DNA of 64,000 nt from Candidatus Shapirobacteria bacterium (GCA_030613565.1 JAUWLS010000002.1:2321-66320), one strand, 5' to 3'. Positions 35,171 through 44,598 are shown, counted from the first letter of the stretch. Notes: generated by a model not told the origin, from the letters alone. Program-made: numbers and translations.

Positions 35171-35887
35171 ATGAAAGAAAAGGGAAAAACAAAAAGTTTA
35201 GTTGTAGTTTTGATTTTAGTTTTAGTGGGTGTTTTGGCGGTTTTTGGTTTGAATACAGCAAAAGATATGTTTTCTTCGGCTGCAGGTGGAGCAGAGCCTA
35301 CAGGAGTGAAGGTGGATGCTAAAGATAATTCGGCGACAATTAGTTGGACTACAGAAAAAGATGTAATGGCGGTTTTGCAGTATGGTACAACACCAGCAAG
35401 TTTGCTTTTAAGGGCATTGGAGACCACTCCGGGGGCAACCCACAGGGTGGCCATATCGCCTTTAAAGTCAGGTACTACCTATTATTTTAATATTAGGGTG
35501 GGAGATGACATTTTTGACAATGGAGGAATACCCTATTCGTTCAAAACAATGGCTGGTGGAGAAACAGTGCCAGCAGCAGGTGGGGCATTGGAAGATATGG
35601 TTCCAGGTGAAGCAACTGCCGCTCCAACTAAAGCCCAGCAAGCAACTGCCGCTCCAACCAAGGCAGCAACTGGAGACAAGTGTGGATTTTTGAAAGAATA
35701 TTATGGAGATACAGATAGTGAGTACGATTACAACGCAGATGGAAAGGTGAATGTGTTGGATTTCGTGATTTGTCAGGATTGTCAAAAGATTTTGAATAAC
35801 ATGGGTTCAAGTGATGCGGAGTATGATAAAAACGGAGATGGTAGAGTGAATATGCCAGACTATGTTCAGTGTCTTTCAGGTAGCTAA
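35171..35887 (+). CDS. FN3-like domain protein with C-terminal type-I dockerin-like repeats
   Basis: Signal anchor; FN3-like SATISWTTEKDV...TTYYFNIRV; dockerin-like pairs DYNADGKVNVLDFVICQ and DKNGDGRVNMPDYVQCL. Confidence 0.5.
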   Translation: MKEKGKTKSLVVVLILVLVGVLAVFGLNTAKDMFSSAAGGAEPTGVKVDAKDNSATISWTTEKDVMAVLQYGTTPASLLLRALETTPGATHRVAISPLKSGTTYYFNIRVGDDIFDNGGIPYSFKTMAGGETVPAAGGALEDMVPGEATAAPTKAQQATAAPTKAATGDKCGFLKEYYGDTDSEYDYNADGKVNVLDFVICQDCQKILNNMGSSDAEYDKNGDGRVNMPDYVQCLSGS

Positions 35888-35962
35888 GGTTTACCAAAAG
35901 ACCTTGTTCTGGTAAAATTGCTGGAAATTAAAGCTTTTTTTGAAGGGGGGTAAAGTTAAATA

Positions 35963-36163
35963 ATGCCAATAGTAATCAAACTAAAAAAAGGAAAAAGTAA
36001 AGATGACGTGATTGGAGCGTTCAGGCGCGCTTGTATGGAAGAAGAGATTAAGGAGAAAGTGGAGAGTAAGGTTGCATTTGAGAAACCTTCTCAAAAAAGA
36101 TATAGAAAAAAACAAATAAAAGATAAGTTAAACCAGAAAGCCAGAAGGAAAGCAGCAAGATGA
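35963..36163 (+). CDS. rpsU: 30S ribosomal protein S21
   Basis: MPIVIKLKKGKSKDDVIGAFRRACMEEEIKEKV...KPSQKRYRKK matches the bS21 pattern. Confidence 0.7.
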   Translation: MPIVIKLKKGKSKDDVIGAFRRACMEEEIKEKVESKVAFEKPSQKRYRKKQIKDKLNQKARRKAAR

Positions 36164-36603
36164 GTCTAATTTCTCAAATAAGAGAGGATAGTAAAAAAGC
36201 CCTTATGGAGGGAGATTCAAAGCGTCTGCAGACTTTGCGTTTTTTGATTTCACTGGTTGAAAAAAAAGAGCTTTCTAAAGAGGTGGGAAAAATGACAGAA
36301 GGGGATGTTTTGTCGGCTTTGCAGTCGGAGATGAAAAAGAAGAAAGAAAGTAGGGATATGTTTTTGAAGGCAGAAAGAAATGATTTAGCTTCTGAACTGA
36401 AAGAAGAGATGAAGATTCTTTCTGGGTATTTGCCCAAAGAGTTGGGTGACGAAGAAGTGGAAGAGATTGTAAAGAAAGTGGTTTTGGAGATGGGACAGGG
36501 AGCAGTGTTTGGAGCAGTAATGGGTAAGGTAATGGCTGAGACCAAAGGGAGAGTGGGAGGAGATAAGGTAGTAGAAATAGTGAAAAAGGTTTTGGGAAAA
36601 TGA
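36160..36603 (+). CDS. yqeY: GatB/YqeY domain protein
   Basis: IREDSKKALMEGDSKRLQTLRFLIS...; classic neighbour of rpsU. Confidence 0.65.
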   Translation: MSLISQIREDSKKALMEGDSKRLQTLRFLISLVEKKELSKEVGKMTEGDVLSALQSEMKKKKESRDMFLKAERNDLASELKEEMKILSGYLPKELGDEEVEEIVKKVVLEMGQGAVFGAVMGKVMAETKGRVGGDKVVEIVKKVLGK

Positions 36604-36607
36604 GAGA

Positions 36608-36979
36608 ATGAAGGTTAAAGTTTTGATTAAAAAAGATCCTAGATGGTCTTTGTCGGTTAAAGAGGTCAGGAAAATGTCGGAGGGGATTTTAAGGGAGTTT
36701 ATAAAATCGGGACAAGTAGAATTGAGTATTTTGTTTGTGGGAAAGAGAAAAGCAAAAAAACTAAACGAGGACTATAGAAAGATGGATTATGTTCCTCAGG
36801 TTTTGGCTTTTCCTCAAAACGAGAAGGGGATGGCTGATGGTTGGGACAGGGTAGGGGACGTGGTGATTTGTTTACCTTTATTAAGAGAAGAAGCAATAGT
36901 AGAGAACAGGCTTTTAATGGAAGTTCTTAAGGACTGGTTGAGGCACGGAATAAAGAATTTGATATACGGGGAAAAGTAA
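36608..36979 (+). CDS. ybeY: YbeY-like endoribonuclease homolog with degenerate metal-binding motif
   Basis: ELSILFVGKRKAKKLNEDYR, VGDVVICLPLLREEA; C-terminal HGIKNLIYGEK replaces the canonical HGxLHLxGYDH. Confidence 0.5.
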   Translation: MKVKVLIKKDPRWSLSVKEVRKMSEGILREFIKSGQVELSILFVGKRKAKKLNEDYRKMDYVPQVLAFPQNEKGMADGWDRVGDVVICLPLLREEAIVENRLLMEVLKDWLRHGIKNLIYGEK

Positions 36980-37095
36980 GTTTCTTATTGAAGAGGTAGG
37001 TTTTTTTAGATAAAGTAGTTTAAGTCAACTTGTTGTTTGTGGTTTATCTGTGAACAACTCCTGCCTCCAGTTTGTCCGATTTTTAGGGGATCTTT

Positions 37096-38670
37096 ATGGG
37101 TATATTTCATTTAAAATACAGACCGAGAAAAATAAAAGAACTAGATTGTTTGCGGGCTAGGGAGAGATTAAGCTTACTTTTGGCGAGTAAAAATAGACCA
37201 CAGACTTGGTTGTTTGCAGGACCTAGGGGAGCGGGAAAAACTTCAGCAGCAAGAATTTTAGCTAGACATTTAAATTGTCTTTCTTTGGAAGGGATTGAAC
37301 CTTGTGGAAAGTGTGAGGTTTGTAAACAGATTGAGTCAGGCGCAGGAGTGGACGTAATAGAGATGGATGGAGCATCAAACAGAGGAATAGATGATGTGCG
37401 GGCCCTTAAAGAAAATGTTCATTTGGCGCCAATATCTTTTAAGTACAAGGTTTTTATCATAGATGAAGTGCACATGATGACCAGAGAAGCCTTTAACGCA
37501 CTTTTAAAGATTTTGGAAGAACCACCTTTGCATGTAGTTTTTGTGTTATGCACAACTGATCCGGAGAAAATTCCAGTGACAGTTTTGTCTAGATTAACGA
37601 GGATTGATTTTTACAAAGGAAGTAGAGAAGAGGTTGTTTCTTCATTAAAGAAAGTTGTGGAGGGAGAAAAGGTCAAAGTGGAAAAAGGAGTTTTGGAAAA
37701 GTTGGCAGGAGCAGTGGATGGAAGTTTTAGAGATGCTCATAAAATGTTTTCGATTTTACTGAGTGAAGGTAAAGGGAAGATTAAAAAGGAAGACCTGGAT
37801 AAGTTTTTAGGAAGAAGTGGATTAGGCAGGGAGAAAGATTTTTTAAGACTAGTTTCAAAAGGTAAAGGAAAGAAAAAAGAAATCCTTTTAATGGTCCAAA
37901 ATATGGCCGACGGAGGAGTTAATTTTCCTGAGTTTAGGCAAAATTTACTAAAAAGTTTAGAAGAAGAGTTGGTTTTTTTGGTGGTTGGATCAGGGGAGGG
38001 TCTGGATCTGGATTTAGGAGAAGAGAGGGTTTGTTTTTTAATAGAGTGCTTGTTGGAAGCAGGAGGATGGGAGAAAAAGACAGTTCTTTCCGAGTTACCC
38101 TTAATTTTAGCTGTTTTTAAGTTTTTTGAAGAAAAGAAGGAGGTTTTGAAAGAAGGAGGAGGTGGACAAAAAGAAGTAGAGAAAAGAAATGAAAAAAAAG
38201 AAGAGGCAAGAAAAGAGGAAAAAACCTTTAAAGAAGTGGAGAAGGAGGAGGTGAAAACGAGACCAGTTTTTGACAAAGGAGACTTGAAAAGAGTTCAAGA
38301 ATTATGGCCCAAGGTCCTTCTAGCAGTTAGACCACATAATCATTCAGTAGAGGCCTTTTTAAGAGCTTCTCGACCCCTAAGAGTAGAGGGGGACAGGATT
38401 GTGATTGAAGTTTTCTATCAGTTTCATAGAGATCGATTGGAAGATGAGAGAAATAGGAGTGTAGTAGAGAAGGGTTTGGCTGATGTGTTGGGTCAGGAAT
38501 ATAAGTTATTTTGTGAGCTAGGAGACATTTCTCGAATTAAAAGACAGGCTGAAAAAGTAGTAGTTTCAAAAAAGCCTAAGGGTTCTTTTAAAAAGGAGGG
38601 TGAGGTAGAAAGTGTTGGAGAAGAAAAGAAGGATGATCTTTATAAGGTAGCCAAGGAGCTTTTTGGTTGA
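37096..38670 (+). CDS. dnaX: DNA polymerase III subunit gamma/tau
   Basis: GPRGAGKTS (Walker A), zinc module CLSLEGIEPCGKCEVCK, FIIDEVHMMT, SRLTRIDF. Confidence 0.85.
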   Translation: MGIFHLKYRPRKIKELDCLRARERLSLLLASKNRPQTWLFAGPRGAGKTSAARILARHLNCLSLEGIEPCGKCEVCKQIESGAGVDVIEMDGASNRGIDDVRALKENVHLAPISFKYKVFIIDEVHMMTREAFNALLKILEEPPLHVVFVLCTTDPEKIPVTVLSRLTRIDFYKGSREEVVSSLKKVVEGEKVKVEKGVLEKLAGAVDGSFRDAHKMFSILLSEGKGKIKKEDLDKFLGRSGLGREKDFLRLVSKGKGKKKEILLMVQNMADGGVNFPEFRQNLLKSLEEELVFLVVGSGEGLDLDLGEERVCFLIECLLEAGGWEKKTVLSELPLILAVFKFFEEKKEVLKEGGGGQKEVEKRNEKKEEARKEEKTFKEVEKEEVKTRPVFDKGDLKRVQELWPKVLLAVRPHNHSVEAFLRASRPLRVEGDRIVIEVFYQFHRDRLEDERNRSVVEKGLADVLGQEYKLFCELGDISRIKRQAEKVVVSKKPKGSFKKEGEVESVGEEKKDDLYKVAKELFG

Positions 38671-38719
38671 TGAGAGTGATAGAATAGAGGAAGTTAGTTG
38701 ATAGAATTTTTTTTAAAAT

Positions 38720-38974
38720 ATGTTTGATAAAGCAAAACAAATGAACGAGCTTTTAAAGCTCAAAAAAACACTTAAAAAAACTGTGACAATGTACGAAGAT
38801 GGTGAGTGGAAGATAGTAGTTACAGGAGAACAGAAGATAAAAGAGATTACTATTGATGGAGAGAGAAGGAAAGACTTGGTTGATTTTATAAACAAGGGAC
38901 TTAAAAAGTCACAACAGGCAACAGTAAAGAAAATGTCAGGAGTGAGTGGTGGTTTGGGAAGTTTTTTAAACTAA
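38720..38974 (+). CDS. ybaB: nucleoid-associated protein YbaB/EbfC
   Basis: 84 aa; MNELLKLKKTLKK...VTGEQKIKEITID; sits between dnaX and recR. Confidence 0.65.
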   Translation: MFDKAKQMNELLKLKKTLKKTVTMYEDGEWKIVVTGEQKIKEITIDGERRKDLVDFINKGLKKSQQATVKKMSGVSGGLGSFLN

Positions 38975-38978
38975 GGGA

Positions 38979-39605
38979 ATGTATAAGTTGCCTCGAGTTT
39001 TAAAAAGTTTGGCGGAATCTTTTGAGCGCTTGCCAGGGATTGGTCCTAAAACAGCAGCAAGACTTTCTTTCTACCTGCTTTCTGTTCCAGAGTCTTTTTT
39101 GGTAGATTTTGCCAATTCCCTGACTGATCTGAAAAAGAAAGTTTTGAGATGTCAGATTTGTTTTGGAGTAGATGAAGAAGATCCTTGTTACATATGTAGT
39201 GACGAGAAAAGAAATCAAAACCTGATTTGTGTAGTGGAGAATCCATTGGACATTATTGCTATTGAAAAGACAGGTAAATTTTTAGGTGTTTATCATGTTT
39301 TGGGTGGAGTTTTAAATCCCTTGCATCATATTGGACCAGATGATCTTAAAATTAGTGAGCTTTTGGTGAGAGTGGAAAAAAGATCAAAGAGTGGAGAAGA
39401 GGTGGAAATTCTTTTGGCAACTAACCCGACAATGGAGGGGGAGGCAACGGCTCTGTATATCAAAAAAGAAATTAAAAACAGAATCTTTGATGATTCGAAA
39501 TTAAAGCTTAGTAGAATTGGGAGTGGTTTACCGGTGGGGGCTGATTTGGGTTATGCAGATGAGGTAACATTAAGTAAGGCTTTAAGTGGGAGAGGGGATT
39601 TTTAA
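38979..39605 (+). CDS. recR: recombination protein RecR
   Basis: LPGIGPKTAARL (HhH), zinc finger CQICFGVDEEDPCYIC, Toprim LICVVENPLDIIAIE. Confidence 0.85.
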   Translation: MYKLPRVLKSLAESFERLPGIGPKTAARLSFYLLSVPESFLVDFANSLTDLKKKVLRCQICFGVDEEDPCYICSDEKRNQNLICVVENPLDIIAIEKTGKFLGVYHVLGGVLNPLHHIGPDDLKISELLVRVEKRSKSGEEVEILLATNPTMEGEATALYIKKEIKNRIFDDSKLKLSRIGSGLPVGADLGYADEVTLSKALSGRGDF

Positions 39606-40108
39606 TGCCAAAAACAATTCCAAAACAAGTAGTTAAGGGTTTGAAAAACATAGTTACTGAGACGGCAGTAGAGACCTTGAAGGAACCAGGGAGAATGGTT
39701 GGGATGGTGAAGGATGGTGGTCAGAAAGGTAGTACTGGTCCTAAACCAGAAGCTGGTTTTGATCCGGTTTTGGGAAAAGTAGCCAATGTTAATCCAGAGC
39801 TTTTAGAAAAGTACAAAAGCAGTGATCAGGATAAAAGCCAGAAAGAGGTAAAAGAAATAAGAGGAAAACTAGGGAGACCTTTTAGAGATGTGGATAGTGA
39901 AATGAAAAAAGTACGAGTAGAAAAAGACAGAGAAGAAGAGGAAGAGGAAAAATTTTTAGAGCAGGTTAGAAGACAAAGAGAGATGGAAGAAATGGAGGGA
40001 TCAGATGAGTTAGTTGTTCCGGCAGGAAAGAAAGCAAGAGGGACCGCTTTTTTGAAAGGAAAGAAAAAGGCAGCAGGGACAGGAGAGATGGCAAGAAAGA
40101 AAAACTAG
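39605..40108 (+). CDS. hypothetical protein (charged, low complexity)
   Basis: 167-aa ORF contiguous with recR; E/K-rich. Confidence 0.35.
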   Translation: MPKTIPKQVVKGLKNIVTETAVETLKEPGRMVGMVKDGGQKGSTGPKPEAGFDPVLGKVANVNPELLEKYKSSDQDKSQKEVKEIRGKLGRPFRDVDSEMKKVRVEKDREEEEEEKFLEQVRRQREMEEMEGSDELVVPAGKKARGTAFLKGKKKAAGTGEMARKKN

Positions 40109-40150
40109 TTTAAAAGAGGGAAATTAGTGGTTTAGTTGGTAAAATCAGAA

Positions 40151-41545
40151 ATGGATAAGAAGAAAGAAATTTATTTTTACAACACTCTTTCTAAAAAGAA
40201 AGAGAAGTTTGTTCCAATTAAAAAAGGTGAGGTGGGGGTATATTCTTGTGGCCCGACAGTATATTGGAATGCTCATATTGGTCACATGTATGCCTTTGTG
40301 GTTTGGGATGTGATGGTGAGATTTTTAAGATGGAGTGGGTATAAGGTAAATCACGTAATGAACATTACAGATGTAGGACACATGACCAATGAGGATGAAG
40401 GAACAGGAGAAGATAAGATGGAAAAGGGGGCAAAAAGAGAGGGTTTGACAGTTTGGGAAGTAGCAAAAAAGTATGAGAAACAGTTTTTTGAAAGCGAAAA
40501 ACTTTTAAATATTGTAAGACCAGATGTTGCTTGCCGAGCGACGGAACACATAGAGGAGCAAATAGAGTTGGCTAAAAAAATTGAGGAGAATGGTTTTGCT
40601 TACAAAACAAAGACTGGTTTGGTTTTTGATACCGGAAAATTCAAAGATTATGCAAAATTTTCTGGTAAAAAACTTGATCAAATGGAAGATGGGTCAAGAG
40701 TAGAAGTGGACAAAGAAAAAAAGAATCCTTGGGATTTTCTGTTGTGGGTAACGAATCAACCAGAGCATATTATGAAATGGGACAGTCCTTGGGGAGAGGG
40801 TTTTCCGGGTTGGCACTTGGAGTGCACAGCGATGTCGGTTAAATACTTGGGTGAAAAGTTTGATATTCATACTGGAGGCATGGAACATATTTCAGTGCAT
40901 CATACCAATGAGATTGCTCAAGGATATGGGGCTTTTGGAAAACAAACAGCCAATTTTTGGATGCATAATGGATGGTTAAATCTGAAAGGAGAAAAGATGA
41001 GTAAGTCTTTGGGAAATATGTACACGGTTTTGGATCTAATAGAAAAAGGACATGATCCACTGGCTTTGCGTTATCTGGTTTTAAGTTCTCATTACAGAAA
41101 GGGTTTGGTTTTTTCCTTAGATAGCTTAGAAGTTGCCCAAAAGACTTTAAATAAACTAAGGAAAGCAGTGGGGAGTTGGAAGAGTGGTGAAAAGAAAGGG
41201 AAAATAAGTGAAGAGTGGAAAGATAAATTCAGGGGGGTTTTGGCAGATGATTTAGCTACTCCTGAACTTTTAGCATTGGTTTGGAAAATGGTTAAGTCAG
41301 AACTTTCGAGTGAAGATAAGCTGGCAACCTTACTGGATCTTGATCAAGTTTTGGGTTTGGATTTAGGAAAAGATAAAGAAGGAAAGAAAGACGTACCAAA
41401 GAAAGTGATTGATTTGGGAAAAGAGAGAGTGGAAGCAAGGAAAGAAGGGGACTATAAGAGAGCGGATGAAATTAGGGAAAAAATTTCTAAATTAGGCTAT
41501 ACTGTGGAAGATAAAAAGGACGGTTATGAGTTTCTGGAAAAGTAA
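40151..41545 (+). CDS. cysS: cysteine--tRNA ligase
   Basis: CGPTVYWNAHIGHMYAF (HIGH), KMSKSLGN; ORF track starts at 40136, Met at 40151 (MDKKKEIYFYNT) matches CysRS N-terminus. Confidence 0.85.
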   Translation: MDKKKEIYFYNTLSKKKEKFVPIKKGEVGVYSCGPTVYWNAHIGHMYAFVVWDVMVRFLRWSGYKVNHVMNITDVGHMTNEDEGTGEDKMEKGAKREGLTVWEVAKKYEKQFFESEKLLNIVRPDVACRATEHIEEQIELAKKIEENGFAYKTKTGLVFDTGKFKDYAKFSGKKLDQMEDGSRVEVDKEKKNPWDFLLWVTNQPEHIMKWDSPWGEGFPGWHLECTAMSVKYLGEKFDIHTGGMEHISVHHTNEIAQGYGAFGKQTANFWMHNGWLNLKGEKMSKSLGNMYTVLDLIEKGHDPLALRYLVLSSHYRKGLVFSLDSLEVAQKTLNKLRKAVGSWKSGEKKGKISEEWKDKFRGVLADDLATPELLALVWKMVKSELSSEDKLATLLDLDQVLGLDLGKDKEGKKDVPKKVIDLGKERVEARKEGDYKRADEIREKISKLGYTVEDKKDGYEFLEK

Positions 41546-41594
41546 AAGAGAATTGTAAAAAAAGGGTAAAAATGTTAAGATCTATCTCGTAAGT

Positions 41595-41888
41595 ATGAAG
41601 AAGAAGTATGAATTTATTCTGGTTTTTGTGCCAGGGACAGACAAAAAAGAAGTTAAAGAGGCTTTGTCTGGACTAAAAAGCATTTTAAGCGATGGTGGAG
41701 TATCAGTTAAGAAAGAGGAGAATATGGGAAGTTTGGATCTTCGATACAGTATAAAAAAGCAAGACAAAGGGGATTTCTGGGTTTTACATTTGGAATCTGA
41801 AGTGGGAATAAAGAGTGGTGAGGCCAATGTGTATCTAGAGAGAGAAAAGAGAGTTATGAGATATTTACTTTTAAGGGATAAAAATTAG
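41595..41888 (+). CDS. rpsF: 30S ribosomal protein S6
   Basis: MKKKYEFILVFVPG...; followed by ssb and rpsR. Confidence 0.7.
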   Translation: MKKKYEFILVFVPGTDKKEVKEALSGLKSILSDGGVSVKKEENMGSLDLRYSIKKQDKGDFWVLHLESEVGIKSGEANVYLEREKRVMRYLLLRDKN

Positions 41889-41912
41889 TTTTTAAAAAAG
41901 GAGAGAAAAGAC

Positions 41913-42494
41913 ATGTCATCAAGATGTTTAAACAAAGTATCACTTATTGGAAATTTAACTAGAGACCCAGAGCTTCGCTATACACCAGCAGGAGTAGCAG
42001 TAGTCTCTTTTGGTTTAGCTACCAACAGATCTTGGACAACTCAACAGGGTGAGAAAAAAGAAGATGCACAATTTCATAGAATTGTTGCTTGGAATAAATT
42101 AGCTGAACTTTGTTCACAACTTTTGGCAAAAGGCCGAAAGGTTTTTGTTGAGGGTAGGATTCAATACAGAGAATGGATGGATCAAGAGAACAATAAGAAA
42201 CAAGTAACAGAGATTGTAATTGACGATATGATCATTTTGGATTCTAGAGGTGCAGAAGGTAGAATGCAGGGTGGTGGAATGGGTGGTCAAAGAAACAATA
42301 CTGCTAACAACAGCAATGATTTTGGTGCAGTTTCTTTCGATGACAATCTTTCTGATGTGCAACTTGACGATGTAGTTGGCATTGAGCCAGCAGAAGAAGT
42401 TGTTGCTCCAGCTACTGAAAAAGCAGAGGAAAAAACTGAAAAAAAGGTCAAAGAAGCTCCAACTGCAGAAGTTAAAGAAGAAGAAAGTAAATAA
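41913..42494 (+). CDS. ssb: single-stranded DNA-binding protein
   Basis: OB-fold N-terminus NKVSLIGNLTRDPELRYTPAGVAVVSFGLATNRSW...FHRIVAWNKLAE; Gly/Gln linker; C-terminus ends KEEESK rather than the canonical D-D-D-I-P-F. Confidence 0.8.
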   Translation: MSSRCLNKVSLIGNLTRDPELRYTPAGVAVVSFGLATNRSWTTQQGEKKEDAQFHRIVAWNKLAELCSQLLAKGRKVFVEGRIQYREWMDQENNKKQVTEIVIDDMIILDSRGAEGRMQGGGMGGQRNNTANNSNDFGAVSFDDNLSDVQLDDVVGIEPAEEVVAPATEKAEEKTEKKVKEAPTAEVKEEESK

Positions 42495-42505
42495 GTTTTT
42501 AATTT

Positions 42506-42754
42506 ATGAGACCACAAAAAAAGAAAAAACCAAAAGTAATAGGCGGAAGAGGAAGATGTCCTTTTTGTAAAGAGAATTGGGAACCTACCTGGAGAGACCC
42601 TGAAAAAGTGGAGAGTTTTTTGTCTCCTTGGTTAAGGATTTCTAGTCGAGCATATACCAAAATTTGTGCTAAACACCAAAGACGATATGCAGAAGTTGTA
42701 AAGCAACTAAGACATTTAGGTCTTTTGCCTTTTGTTGGCGGAAAAGAAGACTAA
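42506..42754 (+). CDS. rpsR: 30S ribosomal protein S18
   Basis: CPFCKE...ISSRAYTKICAKHQRRYAEVVKQLRHLGLLPF. Confidence 0.75.
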   Translation: MRPQKKKKPKVIGGRGRCPFCKENWEPTWRDPEKVESFLSPWLRISSRAYTKICAKHQRRYAEVVKQLRHLGLLPFVGGKED

Positions 42755-42811
42755 GCCCTGTTTTGAAGCAGTTTTTGGGTTATCATACTTGTATAGTTTT
42801 TAAGGACTTTT

Positions 42812-43363
42812 TTGGCGGAGAACAAAAGAAAAAAATTTGGAAAAAAAGCTTTAGTGGAATGGGTTTTTCCTTGGGGACCTGAAGGTAGGGTAAAGAGAAA
42901 AATAGGGGATTTGGTAAAGATTGGGGAGGAGCTTTTTACTGACGGAGAGGTTTTTTTGTCTCCGGTGGATGGAAAAGTTCTTAAAGTAAACAAAAAAGAA
43001 AGAGAGTTGGTGTTGGTGTTTAAAGCCTTTGAGTTTTTTGGAAAAACAGAAGGGGAAGACCGTCTTTGGGCAGAGATAATAATAGAAGAGGATGGGGAGT
43101 TGGGAGTGGAAGAGATGGAAGATAGAGTTGTTGTTTTTTCTGAAAATAGTCCAATTTTAGTGGCCAAGTCATTTGCTCTCGGGGCGAAGGGAGTAATCAT
43201 TTTTGAAGAAGGGGAGATGAGTTTTTCAAATCCGTTTTTAAAACTCTCAGAAGAAGAGAAGGAAAAGTTTTTGTCGGTTTTAAGGTTAATGGAGAGGCCA
43301 GTGGTCCATTTGGATTGTAAAACCGGGAGGCTTTTACTGACAGAAAACAAGAAAACAAAGTGA
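42812..43363 (+). CDS. hypothetical protein
   Basis: 183-aa ORF, acidic; the antisense ORF 42751..43350 is judged a shadow. Confidence 0.35.
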   Translation: MAENKRKKFGKKALVEWVFPWGPEGRVKRKIGDLVKIGEELFTDGEVFLSPVDGKVLKVNKKERELVLVFKAFEFFGKTEGEDRLWAEIIIEEDGELGVEEMEDRVVVFSENSPILVAKSFALGAKGVIIFEEGEMSFSNPFLKLSEEEKEKFLSVLRLMERPVVHLDCKTGRLLLTENKKTK

Positions 43364-44598
43364 TAGAATCAAAAGACATGAGAAGTGGTTTTTTAAAAAA
43401 AGTAAGAAAAATCGTTGGTCTATTAATCCTTTTGGTTTTAGTAGCAGGGATTAGTTTTAACTTGGGTGAAAAGAAAAAAAGAGAGGTGGTTTCAGATGTA
43501 GAGGGAGATCTTGATTTGTCTTTAATGTGGTTGGTTAAATCAAGGCTTGAGGATACGTATCTTGATGCAAAAGAGATAGATGAGGAGGAAATGGTTTACG
43601 GAGCCATTTCGGGATTGGTGTCTTCTCTGGGAGATCCCTATACAGTGTTTTTGCCTCCTGATGACCAGAAAAGATCAGAAGAAGATTTGACAGGAGAGTT
43701 TGGGGGGGTGGGAATACATTTGGGGTATAAGGACAATGTTTTGGCAGTAATGAGTCCTTTACCAGGAACTCCAGCAGATAAAGCTGGTTTAGAAGCAGGA
43801 GACCTGATTCTTAAAATAATAGATAAAAAAGCAGATGTAGACAGGGACACACCAGGAATTAGTCTTTTGGAGGCAGTTGAACTTATTCGAGGAGAAAAAG
43901 GAACAGTGGTGACACTAAAGATCTACAGAAAATCAGAGGAGAAGAGTTTTGATGTAGATCTAACTCGAGGGGTAATAGTGGTTCCAAGCGTGGAGCTAGA
44001 GTGGAAGGAAAAGGATGGTAAGCAAGTGGCTTGGGTGAGGATGTATCGGTTTACAGAAAGACTTTTTGAAGAGTGGCCAGAAAAAATTTCAGAGATAAAA
44101 AAGAAGGAACTTGAGGGTGAGTTTGGAGGAATAGTGTTGGATTTGAGAGATAATCCAGGAGGATTTTTACAGGGAGCAGTATTAGTTGCCTCTGATTTTT
44201 TGAAAGATGGATTGATTGTTTCTCAAGAAAGTAAGAGAGGGATCGAGGAGAGTTATAGAGTAGATCAGAGACGTAGGGGTTTATTGATGGAAAAGACTGT
44301 GGTTTTGGTAAACGGTGGATCGGCTTCGGCAGCGGAGATTTTAGCAGGAGCCTTAAAAGAGCATGGGAGAGTGAGCTTGGTGGGAGAAAAGACTTTCGGC
44401 AAGGGGACGGTGCAGATGCCAGAGGACTTGCCAGGGGGAGCAGGGTTACATGTTACTGTGGCTAGATGGCTTTTGCCTAATGGTGAGAATATACACGGGT
44501 CTGGAGTGGAGGTAGACGTTTTGGTGGAGAGTAACTTTGAAACAGAAGAAGACGAGCAACTTGAGAAGGCAATAGAGGTTTTGGTTGGAGGAAAATAA
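43360..44598 (+). CDS. ctpA: carboxyl-terminal processing protease (S41)
   Basis: N-terminal transmembrane helix, PDZ (GVGIHLGYKDNVLAVMSPLPGTPADKAGLEAGDLIL), S41 core GGIVLDLRDNPGG and VNGGSASAAEI...GEKTFGKGTVQ. Confidence 0.8.
   Translation: MIESKDMRSGFLKKVRKIVGLLILLVLVAGISFNLGEKKKREVVSDVEGDLDLSLMWLVKSRLEDTYLDAKEIDEEEMVYGAISGLVSSLGDPYTVFLPPDDQKRSEEDLTGEFGGVGIHLGYKDNVLAVMSPLPGTPADKAGLEAGDLILKIIDKKADVDRDTPGISLLEAVELIRGEKGTVVTLKIYRKSEEKSFDVDLTRGVIVVPSVELEWKEKDGKQVAWVRMYRFTERLFEEWPEKISEIKKKELEGEFGGIVLDLRDNPGGFLQGAVLVASDFLKDGLIVSQESKRGIEESYRVDQRRRGLLMEKTVVLVNGGSASAAEILAGALKEHGRVSLVGEKTFGKGTVQMPEDLPGGAGLHVTVARWLLPNGENIHGSGVEVDVLVESNFETEEDEQLEKAIEVLVGGK

Noticed and set aside
37737-38276. 179-aa minus-strand ORF inside dnaX
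   Set aside because: Antisense to the E/K-rich C-terminal region of dnaX. The translation is low-complexity S/F/K, a shadow ORF.
42751-43350. 199-aa ORF on the minus strand
   Set aside because: It overlaps the same span as the plus-strand ORF 42812..43363 that continues the rpsR-downstream operon. Its S/K/F-rich low-complexity translation looks like an antisense shadow.
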